Positions 1-7,842 of a stretch of DNA of 20,002 bases are shown one piece after another. The stretch lies in the NCBI GenBank assembly GCA_040756235.1, contig JBFLZG010000073.1:1-20002 (forward strand), read 5' to 3'. The DNA comes from a bacterium (GTDB lineage: Bacteria > Desulfobacterota > DSWW01). The notes below the pieces were generated by a model. That model did no database searches. It worked only from the letters and a program-made list of their open reading frames with translations, and was not told where the DNA came from. Within the stretch, counting starts at the first letter, position 1, and every line of letters begins with the position of its first letter. The translations under genes and the position numbers were made by a program.

Positions 1-16
1 GCTTTGTCCACCCTAC
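1..16 (-). repeat. Partial GTAG-type REP palindrome (family A), truncated by the window edge
   Basis: GCTTTGTCCACCCTAC is identical to the 3' half of the copies at 4734-4765 and 5899-5930. Confidence 0.8.
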
Positions 17-23
17 CTGTCTG

Positions 24-59
24 AAATCCCCCCCGGCCCCCCTTTGCAAAAGTGGGGGA
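24..59. repeat. C-rich/G-rich hairpin repeat (family D: AAATCCCCCC..CCCCCCTTT...AAAGGGGG)
   Basis: AAATCCCCCCCGGCCCCCCTTTGCAAAAGTGGGGGA closely resembles 18281-18316. Confidence 0.65.
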
Positions 60-379
60 GAAGAACGAAGAAAGGGGAAATCAACAGAGTCGGGGTGACT
101 AAAATGCGATTACTATGCCAGACCGAAGTACGGATGACAAATCTTTTTTCGTGTCCGCATGCTGATGGTTTTCAGGTACTTAGGCGGCATCGGAGGGTCA
201 GCCTTTTCCAGTGCCGCAGGAGAATTATCGAATCGAGAATCAAACGTTGGAGCTGAATTTCCGAAAGCGGTAAAAACATTTCACAGTGATGGGGTTCGGC
301 CGGCGAGGAGTGGAGCGGCACCTGCCCAAGAGGCCTTCTGCGAGAAGAGGCATATCGTATCGCAGGGACATCCGCTCCC

Positions 380-853
380 TTATTCCGCCTTCAGGAGCCG
401 GAGGATTTCGGGCAGGAGTGTGTGAAGAAGCTCGGCGGGGCTCACGATCTTGAACGAATAGCTGCCTGATCTTCCGGCCTTTGCCTTGCCGAAGTCCTTT
501 TTGTCTCCGGTTACCAGAAAATCCGCTTTGGCCTTTATGGCCGAGGCTAGAACCGGGAGGTCTTTGTCGGCGACATGGCCTTCGATATCGCGGATCTCTC
601 TCGCAGAGGGCACCGGAATGATTTCGAGCTTGAGCAGCGGGAGGTACTCGTGATATTTGGATAAAACTTCAGGCATCTTTTTCTTCAGGTTCCTTTCGAT
701 CTCCACGATGTTGAACTCCCCGGTTGCTCCGCAAAGGACCGGCAGTCCGAGGCTGAGCAGGTCGAGGAGGATGGCGGGCGCTCCCCTGTCTGAAAAGAGT
801 CCTGAGATGATGACGTTTGAGTCCAGGAATATTCTAAGTCCTTCTTTTCTCAT
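380..853 (-). CDS. PIN-domain (VapC-like) toxin
   Basis: N-terminal RIFLDSNVIIS, central E (IVEIERN), D-x-D (VADKDLPV) and LVTGDKKDF supply the PIN acidic residues. Start placed at ATG 853 after a GGGAG SD; overlaps the upstream AbrB-like gene. Confidence 0.88.
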   Translation of the reverse strand: MRKEGLRIFLDSNVIISGLFSDRGAPAILLDLLSLGLPVLCGATGEFNIVEIERNLKKKMPEVLSKYHEYLPLLKLEIIPVPSAREIRDIEGHVADKDLPVLASAIKAKADFLVTGDKKDFGKAKAGRSGSYSFKIVSPAELLHTLLPEILRLLKAE

Positions 854-1121
854 GAGACTCCCTGTACATGGTTTGTCTCTCTTTCTCGAGCCCCGCAAGC
901 AAGTCTTTAAGGGAAAGGCCTGACGCCTTGAGGATCCTCTTCATCTGTCTTCTGGCTTCCTCAAGCTCGAGTCTCTTGGGCGTGATGATCAGGGAGTCGC
1001 CAACAGGGATGATCGAGACGACCTGACCTTCCTCGAGGTCGCTCATTTCTCGTATCTTTTTGGGTATTGTCAACTGGCCTCTGGCCTTGATTTCGGCAAC
1101 GGATGCTTTGACCGAATCCAT
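834..1121 (-). CDS. AbrB/MazE/SpoVT-family DNA-binding antitoxin
   Basis: EIKARGQLTIPKKIRE..DLEEGQ.V....GDSLIITP swapped-hairpin signature; GGAGG SD; directly upstream of the PIN gene. Confidence 0.88.
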   Translation of the reverse strand: MDSVKASVAEIKARGQLTIPKKIREMSDLEEGQVVSIIPVGDSLIITPKRLELEEARRQMKRILKASGLSLKDLLAGLEKERQTMYRESHEKRRT

Positions 1122-1143
1122 CGTGTACCTCCAAGGTTCAGTT

Positions 1144-1163
1144 TTCTGAATTCAGAATATCAC
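1144..1163 (-). promoter_or_regulatory. Perfect 14-bp palindrome (probable antitoxin operator) overlapping an extended -10 box
   Basis: TTCTGAATTCAGAA (1144-1157) is self-complementary. The minus strand reads TGA-TATTCT (TGn-TAnnnT) overlapping it, about 25 bp upstream of the AbrB start. Confidence 0.55.
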
Positions 1164-1197
1164 ATTTACGAAAAAGTGCGAGTCGTGATGCGAAAGG

Positions 1198-3756
1198 ATG
1201 GGGTGCATGAACGCTTGTAGGGGGGGCGGGCGCTTGCGAGTGCTCGTAAGATGGGTCCCGGCGTGCCTTGGGGCTTTGGCTTTGGTCGTGGCTGGGGGCA
1301 TCCTTCTGAGTATGGGACACTGTGGGGCGGAGCCCGGCGGGAGTGTCCTCGTGGACAGTGGAGCGGTCAAGTGCGAGGTGGTGGCTGTCGGAGAGCTGGC
1401 CAGAGGGCCAGCCGAGGAGCTGGCGCAATATCTGGGGAAGATCTCGGGGGCGAAGGTGGCGGTTCGTTCGATCACCCCTCACCCTGACCCTCTCCCCTCC
1501 AGGGGAGAGGGAAGAAGAATGGCCTGCCAGGTCTTGGTCGGCGGAAATGATGCGGTTGAGGAAGCGAAGCGGGTCGGATTGGAGGTGCGCGAGTCCGACT
1601 GGAAGGGTCTATCCCAGGAGGGATATCTCATCAAGAGCGGAAGCGGCGCGGTGCTTCTCGCAGGGAAGACCGAGCTGGCGATGTATTACGCCGTGGAGCG
1701 GTTCCTGGAGAAGCAGCTCGGGGTGCGCTGGTTCATGCCGGGGGAGCTCGGGGAGGTGGTGCCGTCCGCCTCGACGGTGAAGATCGGCGAGATCGACGCG
1801 GTGGGCGAGCCGGGGTTTCGATGGCGGTGGGTCGGAAAGGGCGAGTGGGCGCGTAGAAACGGCATGAACGTGGCCGTGGACTGTCAGGGCGAATTCAAGA
1901 CCAAGTGGTTCGTTCATACTTTCGACCGGCTGCTCCCACCCGAGAAGTACTTCTCCCGACATCCGGAATACTATGCACTGGTTGGCGGCAAACGTGGCGG
2001 CGGAAGAGGCCGCAAAGGGCAGGTCCAGCTTTGCACTTCCAATCCCGAGGTCGTGGCTGAGGTGGCTGCGAACATCATCAAGCTCAGGGAGGCCGAGCCA
2101 GATCTCAAGATCGTCTCCCTGGATCCCATGGATGGCCTCGCCTTCTGCGAATGTCCGAACTGCAGGGCCGAGGACGAGCTTGGTTCGGGCGCTCACAACT
2201 CACTGTCCCGCAGGATGCTGCTGTTCTACAATACTGTCTCTGAAATTGTACGAAATGCGTATCCGGATCTCCTGCTGAAGAGCATCGCCTATCACTGCTA
2301 TGTGGCTCCTCCGCTCGACCCGTTGCTGAAGGCCAACCACAGCTCCGTGATTCAGCTCTGCCGCTTCATGTGCCACAACCACGCCCTCTCTGACCCCAAC
2401 TGCCCTTACAACCGTGCCTACAACGAGTACCTGAAAGGATGGCGCCAGATCGCTGGCAAGGTGGCGCTATACGAGTACTACTACAAGGTTTCCTGGCTCG
2501 AGCTTCCTTGGCCAATTGTCCACACCTTGAAACAGGATATCCCCTACTTCCACAAGCTCGGTCTCTTCGGCCTGGCCACGCAGTACGCCGAGAACTTGGG
2601 ATCGAACGGCCTCGTATACTACGTCGCCGCGAGGCTGTTGTGGGACCCTGGTCAAGACGTAGATGCGCTTCTCGAGGACTTCTACACGAAGTTCTACTGC
2701 GAAGCGGCCGGGGTTATGAAGGATTACTACGAGACGCTGGAAGCCGCTGCGGTGTCTTGCGGATTCCACCTTGCGCGCCAGAACCCTTACGAAGAGGTCG
2801 TGAGACTTTTTACGCCCCAGCTTCTCGCGAAGCTCGATTACTCTGTGTCCAAGGCAGAGACTCTGGCGAGGGACGGAAAGGTGAAGGCCCGGATCGCTCT
2901 CGTGCGGGCCTCCCTCGAGTACGCGAAAGCGTGCGCGGACTATGTGCGGGCACTGGAACGGGTCCGCGCCGGGAACACCCGTTTGTGGTTCACCGGCTCT
3001 TCCGCACAGGAAGCTCGTTCAGCAGGAGCTCCTTACCTGGGAAGAGTCAAAGATCTCCTCAGGCGAGGGCGCAAGGTGCGCGCTCTGGGAGGCGGCGAGA
3101 GCGGGTACATCAAGAGGTTCCTCGATCCAGCGAACGTCGTGCGCCAATGGGACACTCCGGATCTCGGCTTTGGCGAAAGGGCGAAGACCAGGCAGCGGGC
3201 CGCCTGGATCTCCGCCCACGCCGGTGAGACCGGCGGGCCGCCAGCGCCGCCGCCTTCCAGGTTCTCGCTCTGGGTCGTGGGTTACGACTTCGACTCGAAT
3301 CGCAGGGGCTCCGAGTGCGAGCTCTGGACGGTGGACTTGTCAGGGAAGAGAGTGAGGATCGGCGGTCTCGCTCCGGCCGGGGACGCCGGCGAGAAGGCGG
3401 ACCGGTGCTTCGTCTTTTCCGGCCTCCAGGGTTCGGAACTACTCGGGGGGCGCGGGAGCCTGCCTCTGTTGGTCACGAACGAGCCCGGAGGCTGGACCGA
3501 GGCGACGTTGGTAGCGGCTTACATCATACCTGAGGGGACGGGGCGTTCTTCGGAAGAGGCGACCGTTTCCGAGCACCAAGGCGAGGGTAAACAGAAGCGC
3601 AGCAGCCGTGATGTTTCGAGGGACGCCATGCAGCGGATCGAGGCAGACTTGGACAGCGTCCGCTCCCGCGCCATCGGGTTCGTCGAGTGCCAGGGCGCCG
3701 GCATCACGATCCGCGACGGCGACACTGTAGGCCTGGAGATCGAGTTGGCGAAATAG
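1198..3756 (+). CDS. DUF4838-like secreted or membrane-anchored protein (putative carbohydrate-active), with a GH67/GH20-like N-terminal domain and a C-terminal extension
   Basis: 852-aa ORF with a hydrophobic N-terminal segment, AEELAQYLGKISG...EGYLI...YAVERFLEKQLGVRWFMPG, HPEYYAL, QLCTSNPEV, DG..FCECPNC, YEYY and YVAARLLWDP. Start may be 1198 or 1207. Confidence 0.78.
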   Translation: MGCMNACRGGGRLRVLVRWVPACLGALALVVAGGILLSMGHCGAEPGGSVLVDSGAVKCEVVAVGELARGPAEELAQYLGKISGAKVAVRSITPHPDPLPSRGEGRRMACQVLVGGNDAVEEAKRVGLEVRESDWKGLSQEGYLIKSGSGAVLLAGKTELAMYYAVERFLEKQLGVRWFMPGELGEVVPSASTVKIGEIDAVGEPGFRWRWVGKGEWARRNGMNVAVDCQGEFKTKWFVHTFDRLLPPEKYFSRHPEYYALVGGKRGGGRGRKGQVQLCTSNPEVVAEVAANIIKLREAEPDLKIVSLDPMDGLAFCECPNCRAEDELGSGAHNSLSRRMLLFYNTVSEIVRNAYPDLLLKSIAYHCYVAPPLDPLLKANHSSVIQLCRFMCHNHALSDPNCPYNRAYNEYLKGWRQIAGKVALYEYYYKVSWLELPWPIVHTLKQDIPYFHKLGLFGLATQYAENLGSNGLVYYVAARLLWDPGQDVDALLEDFYTKFYCEAAGVMKDYYETLEAAAVSCGFHLARQNPYEEVVRLFTPQLLAKLDYSVSKAETLARDGKVKARIALVRASLEYAKACADYVRALERVRAGNTRLWFTGSSAQEARSAGAPYLGRVKDLLRRGRKVRALGGGESGYIKRFLDPANVVRQWDTPDLGFGERAKTRQRAAWISAHAGETGGPPAPPPSRFSLWVVGYDFDSNRRGSECELWTVDLSGKRVRIGGLAPAGDAGEKADRCFVFSGLQGSELLGGRGSLPLLVTNEPGGWTEATLVAAYIIPEGTGRSSEEATVSEHQGEGKQKRSSRDVSRDAMQRIEADLDSVRSRAIGFVECQGAGITIRDGDTVGLEIELAK
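1475..1512 (+). repeat. CCCTCACCC...CCCTCTCCC-GGGAGAGGG hairpin repeat (family C), in frame inside the DUF4838-like gene
   Basis: Perfect 11-bp inverted repeat CCCTCTCCCCT (1488-1498) / AGGGGAGAGGG (1501-1511); same layout as the intergenic copies at 7728-7830; translates as PHPDPLPSRGEG. Confidence 0.75.
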
Positions 3757-3765
3757 GTATTGACC

Positions 3766-4079
3766 TCATCTTCTGCCAAATCTGACTTGTTTCTCGGTTG
3801 CGACAAGGAAGGAATCCGGAATCTTCTCCGAGTAGAGTTCTATCAGACGTGAAAGTACTCGTAATCTTTGCGGCAGGACGCTCATCCTCAAGCCGAAGCA
3901 GGATCACACCACGATGAAGTTGTTATGAGAACCCATCCCTCTGCCCGAGCCTTTTGGATGATGTGGGCATCATCCATTCCACGTGACTGATCGAACACCG
4001 AGAATACCTCGTAATTTTTGCTCCGCAACCAGGCCGCGACTGCGGGCCCGGTACATTCGTCAACGATGAATTTCATCAT
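3766..4079 (-). pseudogene. DUF5615-family PIN-like toxin, disrupted by an internal deletion and a second frameshift
   Basis: MKFIVDECTGPAVAAWLR...GMDDAHIIQKARAEGWVLIT, then a frame change to LHRGVILLRLEDERPAAKI, then another to VLSRLIELYSEKIPDSFLVATEKQVRFGRR-stop (TGA 3766-3768). The expected T-x-D-K-D-F segment is absent. Confidence 0.75.
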
Positions 4080-4324
4080 GTCGGTTCCGCTGCCAAAGGC
4101 ATGAAGTCTGTGCTCTTGAGCGCTTTGGTAGCGAAAAGGAAACACGCACGTATGTCGTCTGCGGTGAGCGTGTTGTACTCATCCAGGATCTCTTTCTCGG
4201 TTGCACTATGGGCCAGAAGATTGAGGATGTAGTCAACGGTTAACCGAGTCCCGCGGATAACAGGCTTCCCCACCATGATTTTTGGGTCTAATGTTATGCG
4301 TTCGAGCAGTTCGTCGTCTTTCAT
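4076..4324 (-). CDS. DUF433-family antitoxin
   Basis: ERITLDPKIMVGKPVIRGTRLTVDYILNLLA...EILDEY..LTADDIRACF.FA signature; AGGAG SD; ATGA overlap with the DUF5615 start. Confidence 0.9.
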   Translation of the reverse strand: MKDDELLERITLDPKIMVGKPVIRGTRLTVDYILNLLAHSATEKEILDEYNTLTADDIRACFLFATKALKSTDFMPLAAEPT

Positions 4325-4707
4325 TCCAATTCTCCTGCGAACCGACGTTATCCCCGCACTCCACCCCGAAGCTTCGGCCGGCGCGATTCGACCTCACGGC
4401 CGGCAAATACGATTTCTATCCCAGCTATCCAAGTCTAGAGGAGTGTCACGCCCGAACGCAAGGACTGGACCTCGGCGTCCGCCGGGGTGACGGAAAAGCC
4501 CAAACCCCGACGAAGCAAAATGCTTCAAATCTCGTCGCACCCCCTGGCCCACCCAACCAGCTTGGTTCCGGCTCGGCTCGGGAAATTGGGTCGGATCAGT
4601 GCCCGGCGTCGAGGGCCGAGCCGTGTTTTGCCCGGAGGGCAAAGCTGTCGAGGGAGGAGTGCCGCGAAACCCGACAGAAAAGCGAATCGCGGTGGCTGGT
4701 GGATCGC

Positions 4708-4797
4708 CACGCTCGCGAGCTGCAGCCATGGTTGGTGGACACGCCTGCGGCTTTGTCCACCCTACCGAGTGCTCAACCCGTTCGCTCGCGAAGTTCG
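4708..4797 (-). repeat. Extended family A element with GTAG-type REP core at 4734-4765
   Basis: Minus strand GTAG-GGTGGACA-AAGCCGCAGGCG-TGTCCACC; 4732-4797 matches 5897-5962 at 64/66 positions. Confidence 0.85.
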
Positions 4798-4849
4798 CGC
4801 TGCCCTCTGTTCCGTCCAGCAACGCTTTCTGCTTTTCCAATCTTGCATC

Positions 4850-5257
4850 CTACACCCCCTTCTTCAGAAGATATTTCTTCACTTCAGTGATGAATATTCT
4901 TGCGTCATCCAAGAAGGGGCGGACCTGATCGGCTGAAAGATCGGCGAACTCCCGGTAGTCTCCCCGTTGCCTCAGCTCGAAGGCCTTGTTGAGGGATCGA
5001 CCGAGTGCTTCCGGCAGTAGGCTTTCCTTGATGAATCGCCTGTTGAAGTAACTCAAGACCCCGCTGTGCTTTGAAGAGGAATACGGTTCGAAGATGAGCA
5101 AAGCGAGGACGGCGTAATACATGCTGTAATAGACTCGGTTCATGACGGAGCGGGGACTTTTCCCGCCGGCAAGGAGGTATTCAGCTTCTTCGCAGGTTTC
5201 TTCTGCCTGCCTCAGTCGATAACGAGCAAGTTCAACAAGCTTTTCACCCTCCGTCAT
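4850..5257 (-). CDS. HEPN-domain protein (UPF0332/COG1895-like), putative toxin of an MNT-HEPN pair
   Basis: LARYRLRQAEE..EEAEYLL, NRVYYSMYYAVLALL, KHSGV.S.F, FELRQRGDY; ATGA overlap with the nucleotidyltransferase gene. Confidence 0.88.
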   Translation of the reverse strand: MTEGEKLVELARYRLRQAEETCEEAEYLLAGGKSPRSVMNRVYYSMYYAVLALLIFEPYSSSKHSGVLSYFNRRFIKESLLPEALGRSLNKAFELRQRGDYREFADLSADQVRPFLDDARIFITEVKKYLLKKGV

Positions 5258-5586
5258 AGCCTCACCCCGTGACTCCGAACGTTCTTGTACAAGGGGGATT
5301 CGGAAAGAGGGCCTCCCGCCAGCTCGTTTTCGCCGAAGATGACAGAAGAGATGAAGACGCCGTGACGGAGGTTGATCTCGAAAATGATGTCGTCGATTAT
5401 TGATTCGATCTCGAACGTATATTCCGGGACTTGTATGAACACGTCCAGGTCTGATTCAGGCGTCCCCTCTCCTTTCACCTTGGATCCAAAAAGTAAGAGA
5501 GTGACCGGGCCGACCTCATTGGCCAACCTGGCCTTGAGGTCCCTCAGGGCCGCTTGTTCTTCTTGGTTGAGATTCAAACCGATCAT
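5254..5586 (-). CDS. Minimal nucleotidyltransferase (MNT) antitoxin
   Basis: LLFGSKVKGEGTPESDLDVFI matches GS-x10-DxD; C-terminal YKNVRSHGVRL; start at ATG 5586 after a GGAGGT SD. Confidence 0.88.
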   Translation of the reverse strand: MIGLNLNQEEQAALRDLKARLANEVGPVTLLLFGSKVKGEGTPESDLDVFIQVPEYTFEIESIIDDIIFEINLRHGVFISSVIFGENELAGGPLSESPLYKNVRSHGVRL

Positions 5587-5739
5587 CTTGACCTCCCGGG
5601 CGCGGCCGGGCCGGCGAAGGCTTTGAGCTTGCCATGGCAATGGTGGGGTGAACTCTGATTCATGCACCTGATTCACGTTATGACCAAAACGCGAGGCAGG
5701 TCAAGAGACCCGCAGGAGGGCGACTGCAAGTACGGGGAG

Positions 5740-5798
5740 CAGGGACTGGATTCCGGCCCCTGCCCCGGACTCCGATCCGGGGTGCGCCGGAATGACGG
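5740..5798 (-). repeat. CGTCATTCCGGC-type palindromic repeat (family E) with an extra internal hairpin
   Basis: Minus strand CCGTCATTCCGGCGCA-[CCCCGGATCGGAGTCCGGGGCAGG]-GGCCGGAATCCAGTCCCTG; outside the bracket it is identical to the left arm of the 117-bp unit at 14108. Confidence 0.7.
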
Positions 5799-5844
5799 AG
5801 AAGACGAGGGTACGTCACGTCGGCCTTTGTTTCAGACAGGCCTT

Positions 5845-5962
5845 GTAGGGGCGCTGCTTGCCGCGCCCGTCCTGGTCTCGCGAGTCTGCGCCGTGATTGG
5901 TGGACACGCCTGCGGCTTTGTCCACCCTACCGAGTGCTCAACCCGCTCGCTCGCGCAGTTCG
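5845..5962. repeat. Composite REP cluster: GTAGGGGCG...CGCCC palindrome (family B variant) followed by a family A element (core 5899-5930)
   Basis: GTAGGGGCGCTGCTTGCCGCGCCC, then GGTGGACACGCCTGCGGCTTTGTCCACCCTAC-CGAGTGCTCAACCCG. Confidence 0.8.
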
Positions 5963-6078
5963 GGCTTTTGGCCCATCGGTTGTGGTGCCCCGTCCTGACG
6001 GCCGGATGGAACCGCTGTCCGGGATGACGGAATATGACACAGCCGCCTTCGCCGGAATGACAAAGAAAGATTGGCGCT

Positions 6079-7635
6079 TCAGCTCTTTGAGTACTTCTCC
6101 ACCAGGACGAACTTGGTCACCTTGCCGGTCGGGGTCCTCGGCAGGAGCCCTTCCCACCAGAGGATCGTCTTGGGCGTCTTGAAGCCGGCGATCCGCTCCT
6201 TGCAGTGGCGGATGAGCTCCTCTTCGGAGACCTGTGCGCCCGGCGCCTTGACGACCACGGCGGTCACCTTCTCGCCCCAGGTCTCGTCCGGCAGGCCGAT
6301 GACCGCGCAGTCGGCCACCGCCGGGTGGCTCATGAGGGTGTCCTCCACCTCCACGGAGAAGACGTTCTGGCCGCCCGAGATGATCATGTCCTTGGCCCGG
6401 CCCGCCAGATAGAGGAACCCCTCCTCGTCGAACCTCCCCAGGTCTCCCGTGTGGACCCAACCGTCCCGGAAGACCTCCCGGGTCTTTTCCTCGTTCTTGA
6501 AGTAACCGCCGGTTGCGGCGGGCGCGCGGCCGAGGATCTGTCCGACCTCGCCTGCCGGGAGGTCCCGGTCCTGGTGGTCCACGATCCGCACTTCGGCCGT
6601 AAAGACCACTTTACCGACCGAGTCGGGCTTGCGGTTCTTCTCTTCGGGGCCGAGCTGCGTGAGGATTCCGGTCTCCTGCAGCCCGTAGTATTCGTACAGG
6701 TTGGGGCAGATCCGCTTGCGGACCTGCTGCTGGAGGCTCTGCGGCAGCGGAGCGGCCGAGAACACGAGGGCGCGAAGAGAGCTCAGGTCGTACTTCTCGA
6801 GGTCCGGCTGGGCCAGGACGAAGCTCGCCATGGTCGGGACCCAGTTGGAGATCGTGACCCGCTCGGACTGGATGAGCTCGAGCATCTTCTGGGCCTGGAA
6901 CTGATGGATCACGACTCGGGCCCCGGTGATGAGCCCGAGAGCGCACCAGGCGAAGCCGACCCTGCCGAAAATGGGAAAGGCCGTGAGGATCACGTCCCCG
7001 GGAGTCAGGTCGTGCATGAGAGCCATGACAATGGCGGTGGCATTGTTGTAGTTGGTGAGGAGGTAGGCCTTGGGGAGCCCCGTCGTCCCCGAGGTCAGGT
7101 TGAAGTAGTGGTAGTCCTCCTCCGAGATCTCGACCTTCGGCTCTTCCGGAGAAGAGGCGGCGAGCAGCCCCTCGTAGCCGGTCGCGAAGGCGGGCAAGTT
7201 CTCTCCCATGCCGATGAAATGCTTCACCCGCGAAAGCTTCGGCTGAACCTGGGCCGCGACTTCCGGAAACCACGGATCGAACAGCAGCGCCTGCGCATCG
7301 CAGTAGCGCATCAGCTCGATCATCTCCGCAGGGGCCAGACGGTAGTTGATGGGAATGCCGATCACGCCGGTCTTGGCGAGGGCGAAGTAGATCTCCAGGA
7401 TCTCGGCCCTGTTGGTGCAGAGGAAGGCGGCTACATCGCCCTTGGAAAGTCCGAGGGAGGTGAGGCCGCCGGCCAGCCGGTTCGCGCGCTCGTTGAGCCG
7501 GCGGAAGGAGAACCTGCGTCCGGTTGCGGAGCAGTAGACGGCCTCCTTGTCCGCAAAGCGCGCGGCCGCGACGCGCAGGATGTTGCCGACTGTGAGGGTG
7601 CCGGTCGCCTTGGGTCTGGTGCCGGGGCTGGTCAT
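6079..7635 (-). CDS. AMP-dependent acyl-CoA synthetase (fatty-acid--CoA ligase family)
   Basis: TSGTTGLPKA P-loop, YGLQETG, HTGDLG, GRAKDMIISGGQNV..EVE, LPRTPTGKV; AGGAGG SD 6 nt before ATG 7635 (alternative start 7641). Confidence 0.93.
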   Translation of the reverse strand: MTSPGTRPKATGTLTVGNILRVAAARFADKEAVYCSATGRRFSFRRLNERANRLAGGLTSLGLSKGDVAAFLCTNRAEILEIYFALAKTGVIGIPINYRLAPAEMIELMRYCDAQALLFDPWFPEVAAQVQPKLSRVKHFIGMGENLPAFATGYEGLLAASSPEEPKVEISEEDYHYFNLTSGTTGLPKAYLLTNYNNATAIVMALMHDLTPGDVILTAFPIFGRVGFAWCALGLITGARVVIHQFQAQKMLELIQSERVTISNWVPTMASFVLAQPDLEKYDLSSLRALVFSAAPLPQSLQQQVRKRICPNLYEYYGLQETGILTQLGPEEKNRKPDSVGKVVFTAEVRIVDHQDRDLPAGEVGQILGRAPAATGGYFKNEEKTREVFRDGWVHTGDLGRFDEEGFLYLAGRAKDMIISGGQNVFSVEVEDTLMSHPAVADCAVIGLPDETWGEKVTAVVVKAPGAQVSEEELIRHCKERIAGFKTPKTILWWEGLLPRTPTGKVTKFVLVEKYSKS

Positions 7636-7676
7636 GGACATCCTCCTGAAGGCATGGCGGGTGGCGGGATGCGGGA

Positions 7677-7705
7677 ATTCTCCGTTGCTCTCATGCGCCT
7701 GTCAA
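7677..7705 (-). promoter_or_regulatory. Putative sigma70 promoter for the acyl-CoA synthetase
   Basis: Minus strand TTGACA-17 nt-GAGAAT, about 40 bp upstream of the start codon. Confidence 0.55.
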
Positions 7706-7727
7706 GGGAGAAGAGCCGGCACGAAAT

Positions 7728-7830
7728 TCCCTCTCCCCCGGGTTCGGGGGACAGGGCGAGGGTGAGGGGGAAGTAAGGGGCAGACGCACCCCTCATCCTG
7801 GCCTTCTCCCCTCGGCGAGGGGAGAAGGGA
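7728..7830. repeat. Two oppositely oriented family C hairpin repeats (may also act as a terminator for the O-antigen-ligase-like gene)
   Basis: TCCCTCTCCCCCG..CGGGGGACAGGGCGAGGGTGAGGGG (7728-7769) and CCCCTCATCCTGGCCTTCTCCCCTCGGCGAGGGGAGAAGGGA (7789-7830). Confidence 0.75.
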
Positions 7831-7842
7831 TGAAAACCGAGA

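Noticed and set aside
60..370. Short ORFs (44-256, 159-425) or a mobile-element end in a lower-GC stretch
   Set aside because: No motif, convincing SD, terminal inverted repeat or tRNA fragment that I can support.
4330..4700. ncRNA or small gene in the long gap between DUF433 and the family A repeat
   Set aside because: The overlapping ORFs have no recognisable features and I could not match a known RNA fold. An Infernal/Rfam search would be needed.
4708..5962. Integron attC sites around the TA genes
   Set aside because: The repeats lack clear RYYYAAC/GTTRRRY ends, have GTAG-REP structure, and no integron integrase is in the window.
6205..7776. 523-aa plus-strand ORF
   Set aside because: Antisense shadow of the acyl-CoA synthetase.
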